A stretch of 61,913 bases of DNA, the filler included, from Diploschistes diacapsis (taxonomy: Eukaryota): the NCBI GenBank assembly GCA_023645945.1. It is 5 parts of 5 records of this genome, joined end to end, with 100 filler letters (N's around TTAATTAATTAA, not from the genome) between each part and the next. Parts side by side here need not be neighbours in the genome. Positions count along the whole stretch, not along the records: positions 1 to 12,360 come from JALAIB010000754.1; 4 more parts are not named here. One strand, written 5' to 3'. Both the position numbers and the translations under genes were made by a program. Positions within the stretch are counted from its first letter, which is position 1. Each line of letters opens with the position of its first letter. A model generated the notes under the pieces. The model was not told where the DNA came from, searched no databases, and was given only the letters and a program-made list of their open reading frames with translations. Positions 1 to 11,105 of this stretch are shown here, piece after piece.

Positions 1-1523
1 AGGTTGGATGGGGGGTGGGAGATAGTGGGGAGAGGGAGAAGAGAAGAGGGGAAGAAGGAAGAGACGGTTGTTTGCAGGAAGAGTGGAGAAACGAGAGGAG
101 GGAAGTTGGGGGGATAGTGTGACCGGGAACGGGATAGTGAGGAGAGAGAGAATGCAGCGGACGAGAGCGGAGTGTAGAGGCTGCTGGCTGCCCGGCTGAC
201 TGACTGTTTGTAGGTAGGAACGGATTATTGCCATGGATGCCGCTGTGGGAAAAGCTCTGAGCTCGCCTACATTGAAGCATGCGGCAGCATCGTCTGGAAT
301 TTTCTATTTGAAAACGGTCCGCCCAAGTAATGGCTGGTATTCCACCCCCAGCAACATCTTCGGAATCAGTTGTATGGTCTGGGATGGCTGAATCGCCGTT
401 TGGCTCGGCGAATAGAGACTCAGATCTCCTGCGGAGGGGTTTATATCGGTTCTTTCTGACATCGTCGGCTGGGCTAATTGAGTCGGTAAAACGAGTGCAG
501 TTGGTTTCGGCAGCCTGTGCTTGTACTTCAAGAGGTAACCGACATCTGTGTGAGCAAACGGGATCCTTAATGCTCGTCGAAGATTCCAGTAGGATGAATA
601 AGGCTTGAAATTACCAGTTGATAGCTCCAGAACAAAGAGATACCTGCCACATCAACGTAATCCGCCACGTAGTAAGAGAATAGAACATGTATGAATATGG
701 GCTCCTTGGCTACAACCCCCTCAGTCTTTCCCAATGTCCAGCATCATAAGGAACATAAAACCACCGCGACAGTCGTCTCCAAAGCTACAGCTCACTGAAT
801 TACAGCTAGGCTGGTAGTCTGCTTGACCACACCTCAGAGCCACAAAGTTATGCAGCGATCTTCGAAGGACAATTACTGCTAATGCCCGCAACAAAATGAT
901 CTTGAAGCACGATCCAAAACTGCAAAGTATCAAAGTGGACGCTTGAAAAGTAGTTGAAAGAGACTATTCAAGTCTGTGAGATGTGCAGCCACCCTAGAGA
1001 AGTACTGGCTATTCGCGAGACGTTCGAGAAAAGCAAAGTGAATACAAAGTTGTGGATCTCAATGAAAGCTTTGACGTTGGATACGTAAGCGCTTTCGAGC
1101 AGTATAGGCGCAAGTTGGCTGACATTTTAACCACGACCGACGACTCGAACAGCATTTGTACACCCTCAAGTATGCAAGCAAGCGGGTGGAACCAGAACTG
1201 GTATAGGAGAATAACAACTTGTTGTTAACCTGATTAGCAAAAATAGGATTTGGAATTGGACGAGTTCAGAAAATTGATCGATTGCTATCCGACACGGGGG
1301 CGTTGTAGTTACAAGCACAAACAATCACCGTTCAATTATCAAAAAAAATCAAAACATACGCAAAACAATAGCGGTCGTATAATCATAGGTATTGGATCCT
1401 AACGAACAACCAGCCCTAGGCGACCAATGGTGCGGTAAAAGACAACCCCCAACGTCCAACTTCTTACCTCGAGAGCGACCGACAATCATCATCCGCCTGA
1501 GAGTTGCCACGCTCTTATCAACA

Positions 1524-2672
1524 ATGCTATCCCGTCCTTCAAAACACACCCCCTTCCCACCTCCCCTCTACATCACCAACCCCTTGACACCCTACTGCTA
1601 CAGCTGCGGTCGCGCGATCAGCTCCCGGGCCAATCCGCATTCCTTGCAGTCCGAAACGCAGAAGCAAAAATACTGCTCTGCTCGCTGTCGCGGTAACAAG
1701 CCTGGGGAAATCGACCGACAAATCGAGGCAGTCTTTGTAGCTTTGCTTGAGGGCAAGAGTGCGGAAGAAGCCGGACTGGAGATGATGGAGCACCGGAAAG
1801 AGAGAAGGGACGGGGTGATGTTGGGTCATGAGGACGACTTCGCATATTTGAACACGAAAATCGAGACGGGGAGGAGGACGAAAACTAATCCGGGACCGAG
1901 GAAGGTGGATGGAAGGAACGTCGTTTATTCTAGTGTGGTGGAAGATATCGTGTTCGGCAACGCGAGAGCTCTGGAAAATATACACCGCAACAGCCAAGCA
2001 GACAAGTCATTAGGTGATAGTACACCTGGCGATTGCGATGATGCTATCGCGGAGTGCCCCGATCTTTCCAACAGCCAAGCAGACAAATTACTATGTGATA
2101 GTACACCTGGCGACTGCGATGATGCTATAGCGGAGTGCTCCGACCTTTCCAACAACCAAAGCGAAACTGCGTCATCTCACGGTAATGCCGTCAATCTAGA
2201 GCATCTCGAGAGCGTCAGCACAGGGGTACGCAGGTCTTCTATTGACTGGGAGCGAATACTCGGTCCTCAGGGGGTATCTATCAGGCAGAAGCAACTAGAG
2301 GAACCGTTGTCAGAAAGTACAACGAGCGTGAAGTCATCACAGAGGGGCAACAGCACCAGTTCAAAACTGGCAGAGCGTCAACAAACGGGCCAGCGGTTAG
2401 CAGAGGAGAGGGAGATGGTACGCAGAGCAGCCAGAAGAGGCGTAGTGTTTGGATTTCTTGTCAGCCACGAGGAACAAGCGGGGAGAGGTCAACGGCACGC
2501 TGCATTTGGGCAGCGGACTGGTAAGAGAAAGCAGTCGACAAGAGGCCAAGATGAGGGACACACGCAGCATGACTCCCAAGAGCAGCGGCGAAAGTGCGAA
2601 GCTGTCATAAACCGCATACTGGTTGAGCCAAGCTTTGCAAAAGGAGATTGGGGAATCCGATGGAGGGAATGA
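1524..2672 (+). CDS. Hypothetical protein, DUF2256-like Zn-ribbon N-terminus plus DUF3253-like C-terminus
   Basis: Intronless ORF, first ATG at 1524. CYSCGR...KYCSARCR matches the DUF2256-type Cys pattern. EMVRRAARRG...VEPSFAKGDWGIRW resembles the DUF3253 C-terminus. Confidence 0.7.
   Translation: MLSRPSKHTPFPPPLYITNPLTPYCYSCGRAISSRANPHSLQSETQKQKYCSARCRGNKPGEIDRQIEAVFVALLEGKSAEEAGLEMMEHRKERRDGVMLGHEDDFAYLNTKIETGRRTKTNPGPRKVDGRNVVYSSVVEDIVFGNARALENIHRNSQADKSLGDSTPGDCDDAIAECPDLSNSQADKLLCDSTPGDCDDAIAECSDLSNNQSETASSHGNAVNLEHLESVSTGVRRSSIDWERILGPQGVSIRQKQLEEPLSESTTSVKSSQRGNSTSSKLAERQQTGQRLAEEREMVRRAARRGVVFGFLVSHEEQAGRGQRHAAFGQRTGKRKQSTRGQDEGHTQHDSQEQRRKCEAVINRILVEPSFAKGDWGIRWRE
1989..2162 (+). 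repeat. 81-bp (27-aa) tandem duplication inside the CDS, about 2.1 copies
   Basis: aacagccaagcagacaa starts at 1989 and 2070, with a partial third copy at 2151. Encodes NSQADKxLxDSTPGDCDDAIAECxDLS twice. Confidence 0.95.
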
Positions 2673-3143
2673 GAACCCTTGATGGTCATGGATATCATGA
2701 TGAGCATTGGTGGTTGATGGGTTGGGAAAAAGACTACTCCAAAGCTCCTATTGAAGAACGCCTACGCCCAAAAGGATTGTTTCAGCCTCGAAAATAACTG
2801 CAGCACTCCCCTATTCTCAACATCTGCCTTCGCTGCCCCTTTCACCTCGATGTCCTCTAGCAATCTTTGATGCTAGCGGATGGACAGCTACGAAGCGAAA
2901 AAATAGCGTACTGGCTGTATTTGCACTGTATCAGATTATGAAATACTACCAGAGACTTTCGGGCTCGCTTGACTAGACTGGATTCAGCACCACACATTTT
3001 CACAGGCTCTAACAAAGTATCGATGAGCGCACAAAGGGATGCTCCGGCTCGCCACCAGGAAAAGTTAAGGCGAGGCTCGATCATCTGAACCTCACGAAGT
3101 TCATATTGTTATATATGAATACACAAACACAAGACGAATGCGC

Positions 3144-4365
3144 TCAAGCCAAATCCGCCTCGATGAGACTCTCTGCCGATAGCTCATACGTAAACACCTT
3201 GACGGTTTCAGCCCTGACTGGTCCAAATGGCCTCCCATTCCTTCCGCTTTCTCTCGCGCATGGCTCCCAGTGCCATCATGAACCAGTCCATAGATGTCAC
3301 TGTCCAACTCGCGCCTTGCTCGGGCACAGCTATCTCATTCAGCAGCATCTTTGAGTAGCCGGACTTCATGGCGGGCACAATGTGCTGCAAGATCTTCGCA
3401 CGGTCCTCATAGCTCCAGTCATGGAGGACAGAATGGAGATAATAAGCTCGAGCATGCTTCACCGGTTGCGCTGTGAAGAAGTCGTGCGCGGTCGCCTCAT
3501 ACCCCTTTTCGCTTGCCTTGAGAACCACATCCGATTGGTCTTGCTTGCCCGGTAAATCAGGGTATTTGGCTTTGAGCTCCCCCAGATCGTGGCCTTGGCC
3601 TCCACCAACATCGACAAGCATCATTGGGCTTACAGTGGGGTCGAAGGACCCAGCGAGGCGCTCCGAGATAGGATAGAAGCTTGGGCGACCGGCGCGGTAG
3701 CCAGCCTTGTAGTTGCTGAAGACTTGCAGATTAGGCGGGTTCTCGTTCAACCAAGCGAAAAAGGGGAGGCTCGTGCTGTATGCATGCTGGAAGGGTCCGT
3801 CTGCTAGGGACGTTGGTGTATTGTAGGAGATACTTTTGAGATAAGCTAGCATTGCTTAAAAGGATGGGCCTGGAACATCATGGACATAAGTGATGCCATC
3901 TTGGAATCGCGACTTTGTAAAAGCCTCGGTGAGCGGAGTAGCGCTGTACTGGCCAGGCGACGCTCATTGACTACATTCACAGCTGCCAAGTGCTTCAAGA
4001 TTCGTGACATTAGGTCTGGCAACCGAGCACTCTTCGGCCAACTGGACAACCGATTAACTGTTTGATCCATTCTTGCCAAGTTGTCGGAAGAGTCCAACAT
4101 GGACCGCGATTTTGCAGTGTACGGTTCTTGCTAGCTACAGTGTCTTCAGTAATCATAACAAGCTAAAAGACATGTCTCTCCAGACCTCTGCCCACCCTAT
4201 CCTTTGAATGGATTCGCTCGGCAGCTCCAGATTCGAGCCAAGAGAATAGGCTGGACTGAGCAGCTGCTCCCGGCTTCCGGGCTCATTCTCTAAGAAGTTC
4301 TGGCCGACCTTGTTAAGCCGGTGAAGAATTGCCAAAACGTTCTTGGTTGGAGGTGATGCAGTCAT
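3144..4365 (-). pseudogene. Fungal secondary-metabolism O-methyltransferase (Methyltransf_2 type), disrupted
   Basis: LVDVGGGQGHDL SAM-binding motif, HDFFTAQPVKHARAYYLHSVLHDW motif. In-frame TAA at about 3856-3858 (GPSF*AML), several frameshifts, and short deletions (LPGK-QDQ lacks the usual LIL). Terminal ESLIEADLA* ends at 3144. Confidence 0.85.
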
Positions 4366-5889
4366 AATGGCTTTATCGTTCAATGAGATTGCTTGTCGCA
4401 AGACGTAGGTTGTTCGACATATTCATAAATCCATGGACATTGTCGAGACCTCCAGTGTACCGAGCTTCAAGATACTGAACCATCATGGGTTATCGTGGAT
4501 TATCGTGATCAGATCCAAACACTGGAACCCAAATGCATCGAGGCTGATATGAATGCCCCAGGTCATGGCTTGCTTTTAGTATCCATAAGCCGATTTTCAA
4601 TCTGCTGATCACTCCTTCACATGGGATTTTGTGCTGGCAAGAGCTCAGCCCTAATGAACTCAACGACCGACTGAGGCAACGGTTATTCGGACCGTTATTT
4701 ATATCTTTCAATACATTTCGCCCCCTTTTTTCGGGAGTTCTTTATTGTCACTGTTGCATCATTCTTTTTAATATCCGCGTTTTTTTTAAAAAAGGCGAGG
4801 GAACCAGTAGCTCCTAGGTTCTTGGGGCGTCTTGAGGCGAAAAGACGATTCTCAGACACGACTTGGTGTTCTCTTGACCGATCATGTCCCCTCCGAGCTT
4901 TGCGCCTTAACAGTGCAAAGCCGTTGAGTTTGCCCCTTTCAACGGGGATCAGAAGGACCTTTGTCCCGCCTAACTCCAGGCCATTTGACAACTAGGACAA
5001 AGCAATGGATTCGTTCTCCCCCTTACTAATTTCCTCTAGTATTCTGCAGCTTGACCCTTCGCCATGGCTCGATGAGCTTTTGGGATCTTGCTCTCGATAC
5101 GAATTAGGTAGGCAAGAATCAAGGTACTCCCAAGGTATCAACAAGCAAGAACTTTCGCAGACGCAGGAGAAAAGCGAAGATGTTCGACCACATCAAACCC
5201 TCCACTTCCATCCGTGACTCTGGATCCTACCATTTTACAACCCTAGGGCCTTGCTGCATCGAGACTTGCTTGGGCCAAGCTCTCGAGGACTTGTCGAACC
5301 TCGGAAGACCCCTCTAGACGAGCAGGGCCGAGTATATATGTGTGCTTATCAATCCCAGCACGGCGATGCGTGCAGCAACGAACGCACATTTATCAAATCG
5401 CGCGGGGAACAGGGTGACGGCGATGTCGTGAGACGATGCCTGCGGTGCGAATTTCCATGCGCGATGCGCAGACCCAGGAAGATGAACAAAGCGGTCCCGC
5501 TAGCGGATTGAACGAGAAAATTTTTCCTCCCGACCCGCTAGAAGAAGGGGAACTTTGGGAAAACTTCTGCAAGCCAGACAGGGGACCACGGAAGCTGCTC
5601 GTCCTTCCTTTGAATACATTGCCCCCATCCGCTCGATGGATCTTGACCGAGCTTGCATTAATGATGAGAGGCCCCCGCCGTGAACCACCACGCGAGTGGG
5701 GGGGGACGGCGCTCTCTCGAAATGGACACTCGTCGAGTCGGGCTCAAGTGCAACGGGCTCTTGCGAATATGCCGGCACGGCACGGCGCACCACCGTGTGT
5801 GTCGTTCTGCATGCACGAAAAGTCCCAACTCTCCCCTGCGCCGCGCGCTCACACGAGAGCTATCAGAGGCCAACACGGGTTTCTCGACC

Positions 5890-5893
<4 letters not shown>

Positions 5894-5950
<57 letters not shown>
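5894..5950. repeat. (GA)n microsatellite
   Basis: About 28 perfect GA units. Confidence 0.98.
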
Positions 5951-5953
<3 letters not shown>

Positions 5954-6457
5954 CCGGTGCTGTTGTTGACATACGGAGCTAGTTTTCCTACAATCAAGAC
6001 GCTTCGAACCACATGGAGGAGGGGCGAGCTTTGGTCTTCGATATTTATGCTGTGATTTCCACCAAAACATATCCCCTGGGCCTGCTCTTGCCCTCTTGGG
6101 CCTTCTGTACATAGTGCGCTAAAACTGACGCCTCATGCAAACTACCCTGGACGCCCCCAATGACAGAGCGTCCCGTGAAGATAATCTCCTCAACGTGTGT
6201 ATATCTTACTAAGCATATGCCTAGCTCATGTGACACGGCCAGCAGCCTATAGCCAACCATGTCAAGGCATCAGCTAGAGAAGAACTTGGGCAAAAAAAAA
6301 AACACTACATACACACCAAAAATTGAATATAAAGGAAGGTATACTGAATCCCATCCAGTAAGTCAATTTCAAGGCCGTCCAACGCATACTATCTAATCAT
6401 TATTCTGCTTCCCAAAACATCACACTAGGTATATACATTTCCCCACCCCCAATCCCC

Positions 6458-9400
6458 CTAATAAACCTCGAGCACAAACCTCCCCGCATCCTTCAACTCC
6501 TCGATCCTCCTTCTCGAATTGACTTTTCCCCTCTTCGCCCCCTCTCTCTCCCCCTTCCGCCTGATAACCTCCTCCAGCACGTTCGTCACGTCGGGCACCG
6601 GCCACGTCGGCCCACACAAATAGAACGCGCCCGGCCGCACCAAATATGCATCCTCCAGCTCGCGGCCCGTCTGCCGCATCCGGTCCTGGATGTAGATTTT
6701 CTGCGGCTGGTCGCGCGAGAATGCGCAAGAGAGCAGCGAGATGACGCCCGCGTCGCGGTAGGCTTCCCATTCCTCGCCGTAGCAGTATTCCTCGCGTTGG
6801 TGCCGCGAGCCCATGTACAGCAGCACGGGCCCGATTTCGATGCCGCGGGCTTTCTCCCAGGCGCGGTGCTGGACAAAGGCGCGGAAGGGGGCGAGGCCTG
6901 TGCCCAAGCCGGCCATGATTATGGGGTCCGTGGGGTTGGGAGGGAGTTTCATGACGGACGGCTTGAGCGAGACGGTGACTTTGTCTCCGGGTTTCAGGGC
7001 GTTGAGATAACGCGTTGCAAGGCCGAATCTGTCACGACCGCGAGGGTCGCTCCAAAGGACGGTGACGATCATTAGCGAAACAGAGCCGGGAGTCACTTTT
7101 TGGCACGAGGCGATGGAGTACTCGCGGCGCTTGAGCGGCGGAATAAGGCGTACGAGCTCATTGAACGGCGGATGCGCCGATGGAAACTCTTCAAGCACAT
7201 CTGCGAAGGTTACGGTGTCGACTTCGGCGCGCCGCTTGAACTCTATCGCACCTTCCGAGCCGCCAAGAGCAAGCAGGGTCTTGTGCTGCGCGGGATCTGT
7301 AGCGAAGGAGGCCAGAGATTCGTAGAATTGGCGGGAGGGACGGCCGAAGATGTCGACCTGGTCAACGAGGATTTGGTAGACGGTGTTAGACTGGAGAATC
7401 GAGGGATCATCGCGGGTTTGCATTTCGACAACTGCGGAGGGGTCAAGACCGTATGCTTCAATGAAGGCTTGGACTTCAAGCTCGCTATTACGAGGATGGA
7501 TACCGAGGCTGTCACCAATATTGTACTCCATACCGTTGTCTCCGAGATCGAATTCGAGATTCATGATGTTTCGGTCGTATGTTGGTGGAGTGAGCCTACG
7601 ATGTTCTTTCAGAGTGACCGTCCATGTCTTGAAAGTAAGATCTGGTCTTAGCAGAGTTTCGGCACGGTATGCTTCTCGAAAAGCCAAGCTCTTAGCAACT
7701 GTTGTCCAGTCCTTGAGCAAAGTTGGGGACTCTTGCTCCGATTTGTCGAACGGGAAAAAGCTGTTCGAGTAGATATCTTTCGGCAACGGTGGAATCTCAC
7801 GCTCTTCGTCCACCTTCACCCAATCTTCGGGGATCTCTATTTCCCTCAGTCCAGCATGGAGCTTATCAGAGAGTTGCTTGAAAACATCCGCGTTCCCATT
7901 GACAGCGCCCAGCTTTTGGAGACCAGTCTTCTCGAGGCTTGGCATGGCAATTCTAAGAAATGCCACTTGTGTCAGATATGCTTCGAGCTCTTTGTCTCCA
8001 TCTATTCCTTCTACAGCTGTGCTATCCAAGATGTATAGATGGGCATCGAAATCTTGAAGACCTTTGCGAAAGCCGATCGGAAGCTTCTTTTCAACGTCCT
8101 CAACTTTGACATTTGGCCCACTCAGGAAAACGTTTCCGCCCTGTTTCAACGCGCCCAAAACATCTACTTGCTTCAGGATTGAAACATCACCCACGAAAAC
8201 CGTGTCAGCTCCATTGATGGAGAATAAGGCATCCAAAGATTTCTTTGACTTCCGGACATCCGTCCTTTGCAGACCGCCCTGCATCAGATTGTCATACTTG
8301 GTGGAGAACATGACATTGCTAGCGGAGTCCTTCGAGAGAGCCTGACCCAGGGCAGTGGGTACTGAGGCGAGCGGAGATTCATCGAGATTCCAGAAGGTGA
8401 ACTGCTGAGTGTCTTCGGTATCGACCTGTTGCAAGCTTGAAAGGCTCAACCCATTCTGGCTCTTGAGTAGTGGCTTTGTGGTGATGTACTGTAATGCGGA
8501 CGTCATTGCCACGGGCGTCCAGGCTTGTTCTCGTGGATACTTTACATCGACGATGGTAGGCGGCGTGGTCCATTCAGAGCAGAATGTTAATGCAGCCACA
8601 ACGTCGCTGTAGAGGTTCGATTGAACAGCAGGATCTGAAACAGCGTGCCTGTCAGCGACCTGGCCGAGAACCCCTACAACTGTCGTGGACTTTGGCAGAG
8701 CTTTCACGAACTCCTCTTCGACGAAAGGCCTGTAAATTCTGACAACGATGAGACCAATCTGTTTGCCGTCTCGCTCAAGCGACTGTACAATCTGGGAGCC
8801 CAAGGAAGCTTCCACGGTTCCAAAGACTACCATGACGATATCAGGGGTAGCATGACCACAGTATTCGAACAGACCATAATCTGTACCAAGCTCATTGTTG
8901 AAAGCCTCGAGCAACCTTGTGACCTTGGTGTCATTGCTATCGTGCTTGCTTGTGACTTTTCGGACAGCCTCTGAAACAGCATCATAACTGTTGCGGAGCC
9001 CTCCCTGGTCAAGCACATCAATAATGCGCGTAGTATCCCTGCCGACTTTTACGCCATCGTATATGTGAATCGTAGGGATATGCAGAGCCAATGCCGTTGA
9101 GAAGAGCGACATGTGCTGTGATTCGTAGGCTGAGCAGCTAGCCACAAGAGCGAGTCCAACCTCCTCTGCTAGTGAGAGGGCAGTGGCATAGTCCGTCACA
9201 AGTCCCGGATTCGGACCTGCTTGATAGTCTACCGCAGCAACATGCGCCACGAATGGACTAGCAACAGCATACAAAAGCGATACTTGATCGAGCGCAGCGC
9301 GCAAATACTGCAGACTCGACGAGGATGCCAGAATTGACTGTGGTATATGCTTCTTTTTCAAGTCAAAATCTTTCGAAAAGATGTACCCCAGAGCAATCGA

Positions 9401-9733
9401 GGCCGCGCCCGAGCGGACTTGCAGTGCTTCTACATTCGTCATGTAGCCGTGCACGTTCTTCTCTCCTCTCGCGTGCCAATCTTTAACTGCCACATCGAGG
9501 TCGAATGTATCAGGCGAGTACGTCCAGAGACGATCCGAAAGCGAGTACGCAACTTGTTGAATCAATGTTTGAGGAGTAACGTATGTGGGTCCAGCAATCT
9601 GTGCAAGACTAATTCGTTGTCCGAAAGGCAAACTCGAAGAGTGCTGCTCGAGCTGTTTGTAGGGCTTCTTGGGTCCTGCAACAATATGCTCTCCGGTGGC
9701 AGGGCCATTGGACTCCATTGTTTGTAGGCGCAT
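6458..9733 (-). CDS. MET10: Sulfite reductase [NADPH] flavoprotein (alpha) subunit
   Basis: 1091-aa intronless ORF. N-terminal pyruvate:ferredoxin oxidoreductase-like region, then FAD-binding RREYSIAS, GLATRYL, NADPH-binding MAGLGTGLAPFRAF, FYLCG and the C-terminal RFVLEVY. Start could be the second Met (9718). Confidence 0.95.
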   Translation of the reverse strand: MRLQTMESNGPATGEHIVAGPKKPYKQLEQHSSSLPFGQRISLAQIAGPTYVTPQTLIQQVAYSLSDRLWTYSPDTFDLDVAVKDWHARGEKNVHGYMTNVEALQVRSGAASIALGYIFSKDFDLKKKHIPQSILASSSSLQYLRAALDQVSLLYAVASPFVAHVAAVDYQAGPNPGLVTDYATALSLAEEVGLALVASCSAYESQHMSLFSTALALHIPTIHIYDGVKVGRDTTRIIDVLDQGGLRNSYDAVSEAVRKVTSKHDSNDTKVTRLLEAFNNELGTDYGLFEYCGHATPDIVMVVFGTVEASLGSQIVQSLERDGKQIGLIVVRIYRPFVEEEFVKALPKSTTVVGVLGQVADRHAVSDPAVQSNLYSDVVAALTFCSEWTTPPTIVDVKYPREQAWTPVAMTSALQYITTKPLLKSQNGLSLSSLQQVDTEDTQQFTFWNLDESPLASVPTALGQALSKDSASNVMFSTKYDNLMQGGLQRTDVRKSKKSLDALFSINGADTVFVGDVSILKQVDVLGALKQGGNVFLSGPNVKVEDVEKKLPIGFRKGLQDFDAHLYILDSTAVEGIDGDKELEAYLTQVAFLRIAMPSLEKTGLQKLGAVNGNADVFKQLSDKLHAGLREIEIPEDWVKVDEEREIPPLPKDIYSNSFFPFDKSEQESPTLLKDWTTVAKSLAFREAYRAETLLRPDLTFKTWTVTLKEHRRLTPPTYDRNIMNLEFDLGDNGMEYNIGDSLGIHPRNSELEVQAFIEAYGLDPSAVVEMQTRDDPSILQSNTVYQILVDQVDIFGRPSRQFYESLASFATDPAQHKTLLALGGSEGAIEFKRRAEVDTVTFADVLEEFPSAHPPFNELVRLIPPLKRREYSIASCQKVTPGSVSLMIVTVLWSDPRGRDRFGLATRYLNALKPGDKVTVSLKPSVMKLPPNPTDPIIMAGLGTGLAPFRAFVQHRAWEKARGIEIGPVLLYMGSRHQREEYCYGEEWEAYRDAGVISLLSCAFSRDQPQKIYIQDRMRQTGRELEDAYLVRPGAFYLCGPTWPVPDVTNVLEEVIRRKGEREGAKRGKVNSRRRIEELKDAGRFVLEVY

Positions 9734-9964
9734 CGCTTAATCTTTGCAAGGAGAAAGGGAAACAGTGTAAGAGAGAGGTAGGAAATCAACAAGAAAGTCA
9801 AGGTGAATGAAAAAAGGAAACAGAAACAGCTAAAATAAAGAAAACAGGCGCCCACCCAATGCAAGTGCAAAACGCCCCTACGTATTCCTCCTCCGATTTC
9901 AACATCCGCCTCATGCACCGTGCAGAACCGTCTTCTTCCTCTATCAATTTTTTTTTACTGATCG

Positions 9965-9974
9965 ATGGCGTGAT
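9965..9974. promoter_or_regulatory. Possible CYS-3/MetR bZIP site upstream of MET10
   Basis: ATGGCGTGAT is one mismatch from the ATGRYRYCAT consensus, about 230 bp upstream of a sulfur-assimilation gene. Confidence 0.35.
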
Positions 9975-10290
9975 CGCTGACATAATCGACTGATTTCTTT
10001 CATAGTTATCTTCAAGCTCTTACCTTGTAGGGCTGTCGGTAAGTCGGTAAGTTGGCAAGCCGGAAGAACCTTAATGCCGGCGGTTGCAAAGATTCAGGAT
10101 AAATGATTTCGCCGAAGCTTCGGCTCTGAGTATCCGATCAACGTCATGCCTGTAAGTCCGTCAGCTTTTCACATCGTCCAATTACCACGTGGCAGCAACT
10201 TGAAGAGGAACACAGCTCGGAATTTATTTGGATTCAATCTGCCAATACCGAAAGTATCTTATGCCTGCGGAAGAGCTTGTTGCAAGCGTC

Positions 10291-11078
10291 ATGGCAAACC
10301 AATCCATATCTGCAGCCGTTGTAGGCTGTACGGGTCTCGTGGTAAGCCTGTTGACTGAGTGCTCCCCGATGTCACTATCCACAGTCTGGAGTGTTCGCTG
10401 AACCTATTCAAGGGCTCCAACATTCTTACCACGCTTGTCGCTCTCCCCGCTTTTTCTACTGTCCATGCCATCTCGCGCCGCGCCCTTCCTGCGGATCTGA
10501 CCCAATCTTCCACCCTGAGGCCGCACATCAGCACCGACATCGACTCTTGGTCCGACCTGTTAACGACCGCTAGCCCGCCCCCACATGTCTTCTTTTCAGG
10601 TCTCGGCACCACCCGGAGTCAAGCTGGCTCTCTCGCCGCGCAGCGGAAGGTGGATTACGACCTCAATCTCGCCATGGCCAAGGCAGCAAAGGATGCGGGC
10701 GTGAGCACATATGTCATCATGTCCGTCAACGGTGCCAGTTCCAGCTCCTTTGTACCATACTCTCGCATGAAAGGCGAGATCGACGACGCCGTGCAGCAGC
10801 TTGGCTTCAAGCACACCATTATCCTTCGACCAGGCTTGCTTGTTGGCACGAGAGACAACAGTCGACCTGCTGAGGCTGCTTTCAGAGGCATAGCGCAATG
10901 TATGGGCGGGATTAGCAACGGTCTCAAGGATTTCTGGGCACAGGATGCAGAGGTTGTGGCAAGAGCGGCTGTCGCGGCCAGTCAGCAGTGCACGGATGGT
11001 ACGAGGAAGGAAGGCGTGTGGATAATCGACCAGGCGGATATCGTGAGGCTTGGGAGAAAAGAATGGAAGGCCAACTAG
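10291..11078 (+). CDS. FMP52: FMP52/HTATIP2-like NAD(P)-binding oxidoreductase
   Basis: Exon 1 10291-10341, intron 10342-10412 (GTAAGC...AAG), exon 2 to 11078. Splicing rebuilds the Rossmann motif VVGCTGLVGSNIL. Also SGLGTTR, VDYDLN, YSRMKGE and ILRPGLL. Confidence 0.9.
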
Positions 11079-11105
11079 CAAGGAACTCGCAGGCTTTCGG
11101 TTTCA

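Noticed and set aside
1..610. Open reading frame on the minus strand running off the window start
   Set aside because: No recognisable motif. Openness is explained by C/T-rich low complexity, so a gene cannot be supported.
5436..6112. ORFs with poly-ER or poly-LS tracts
   Set aside because: Translations of the (GA)n microsatellite.
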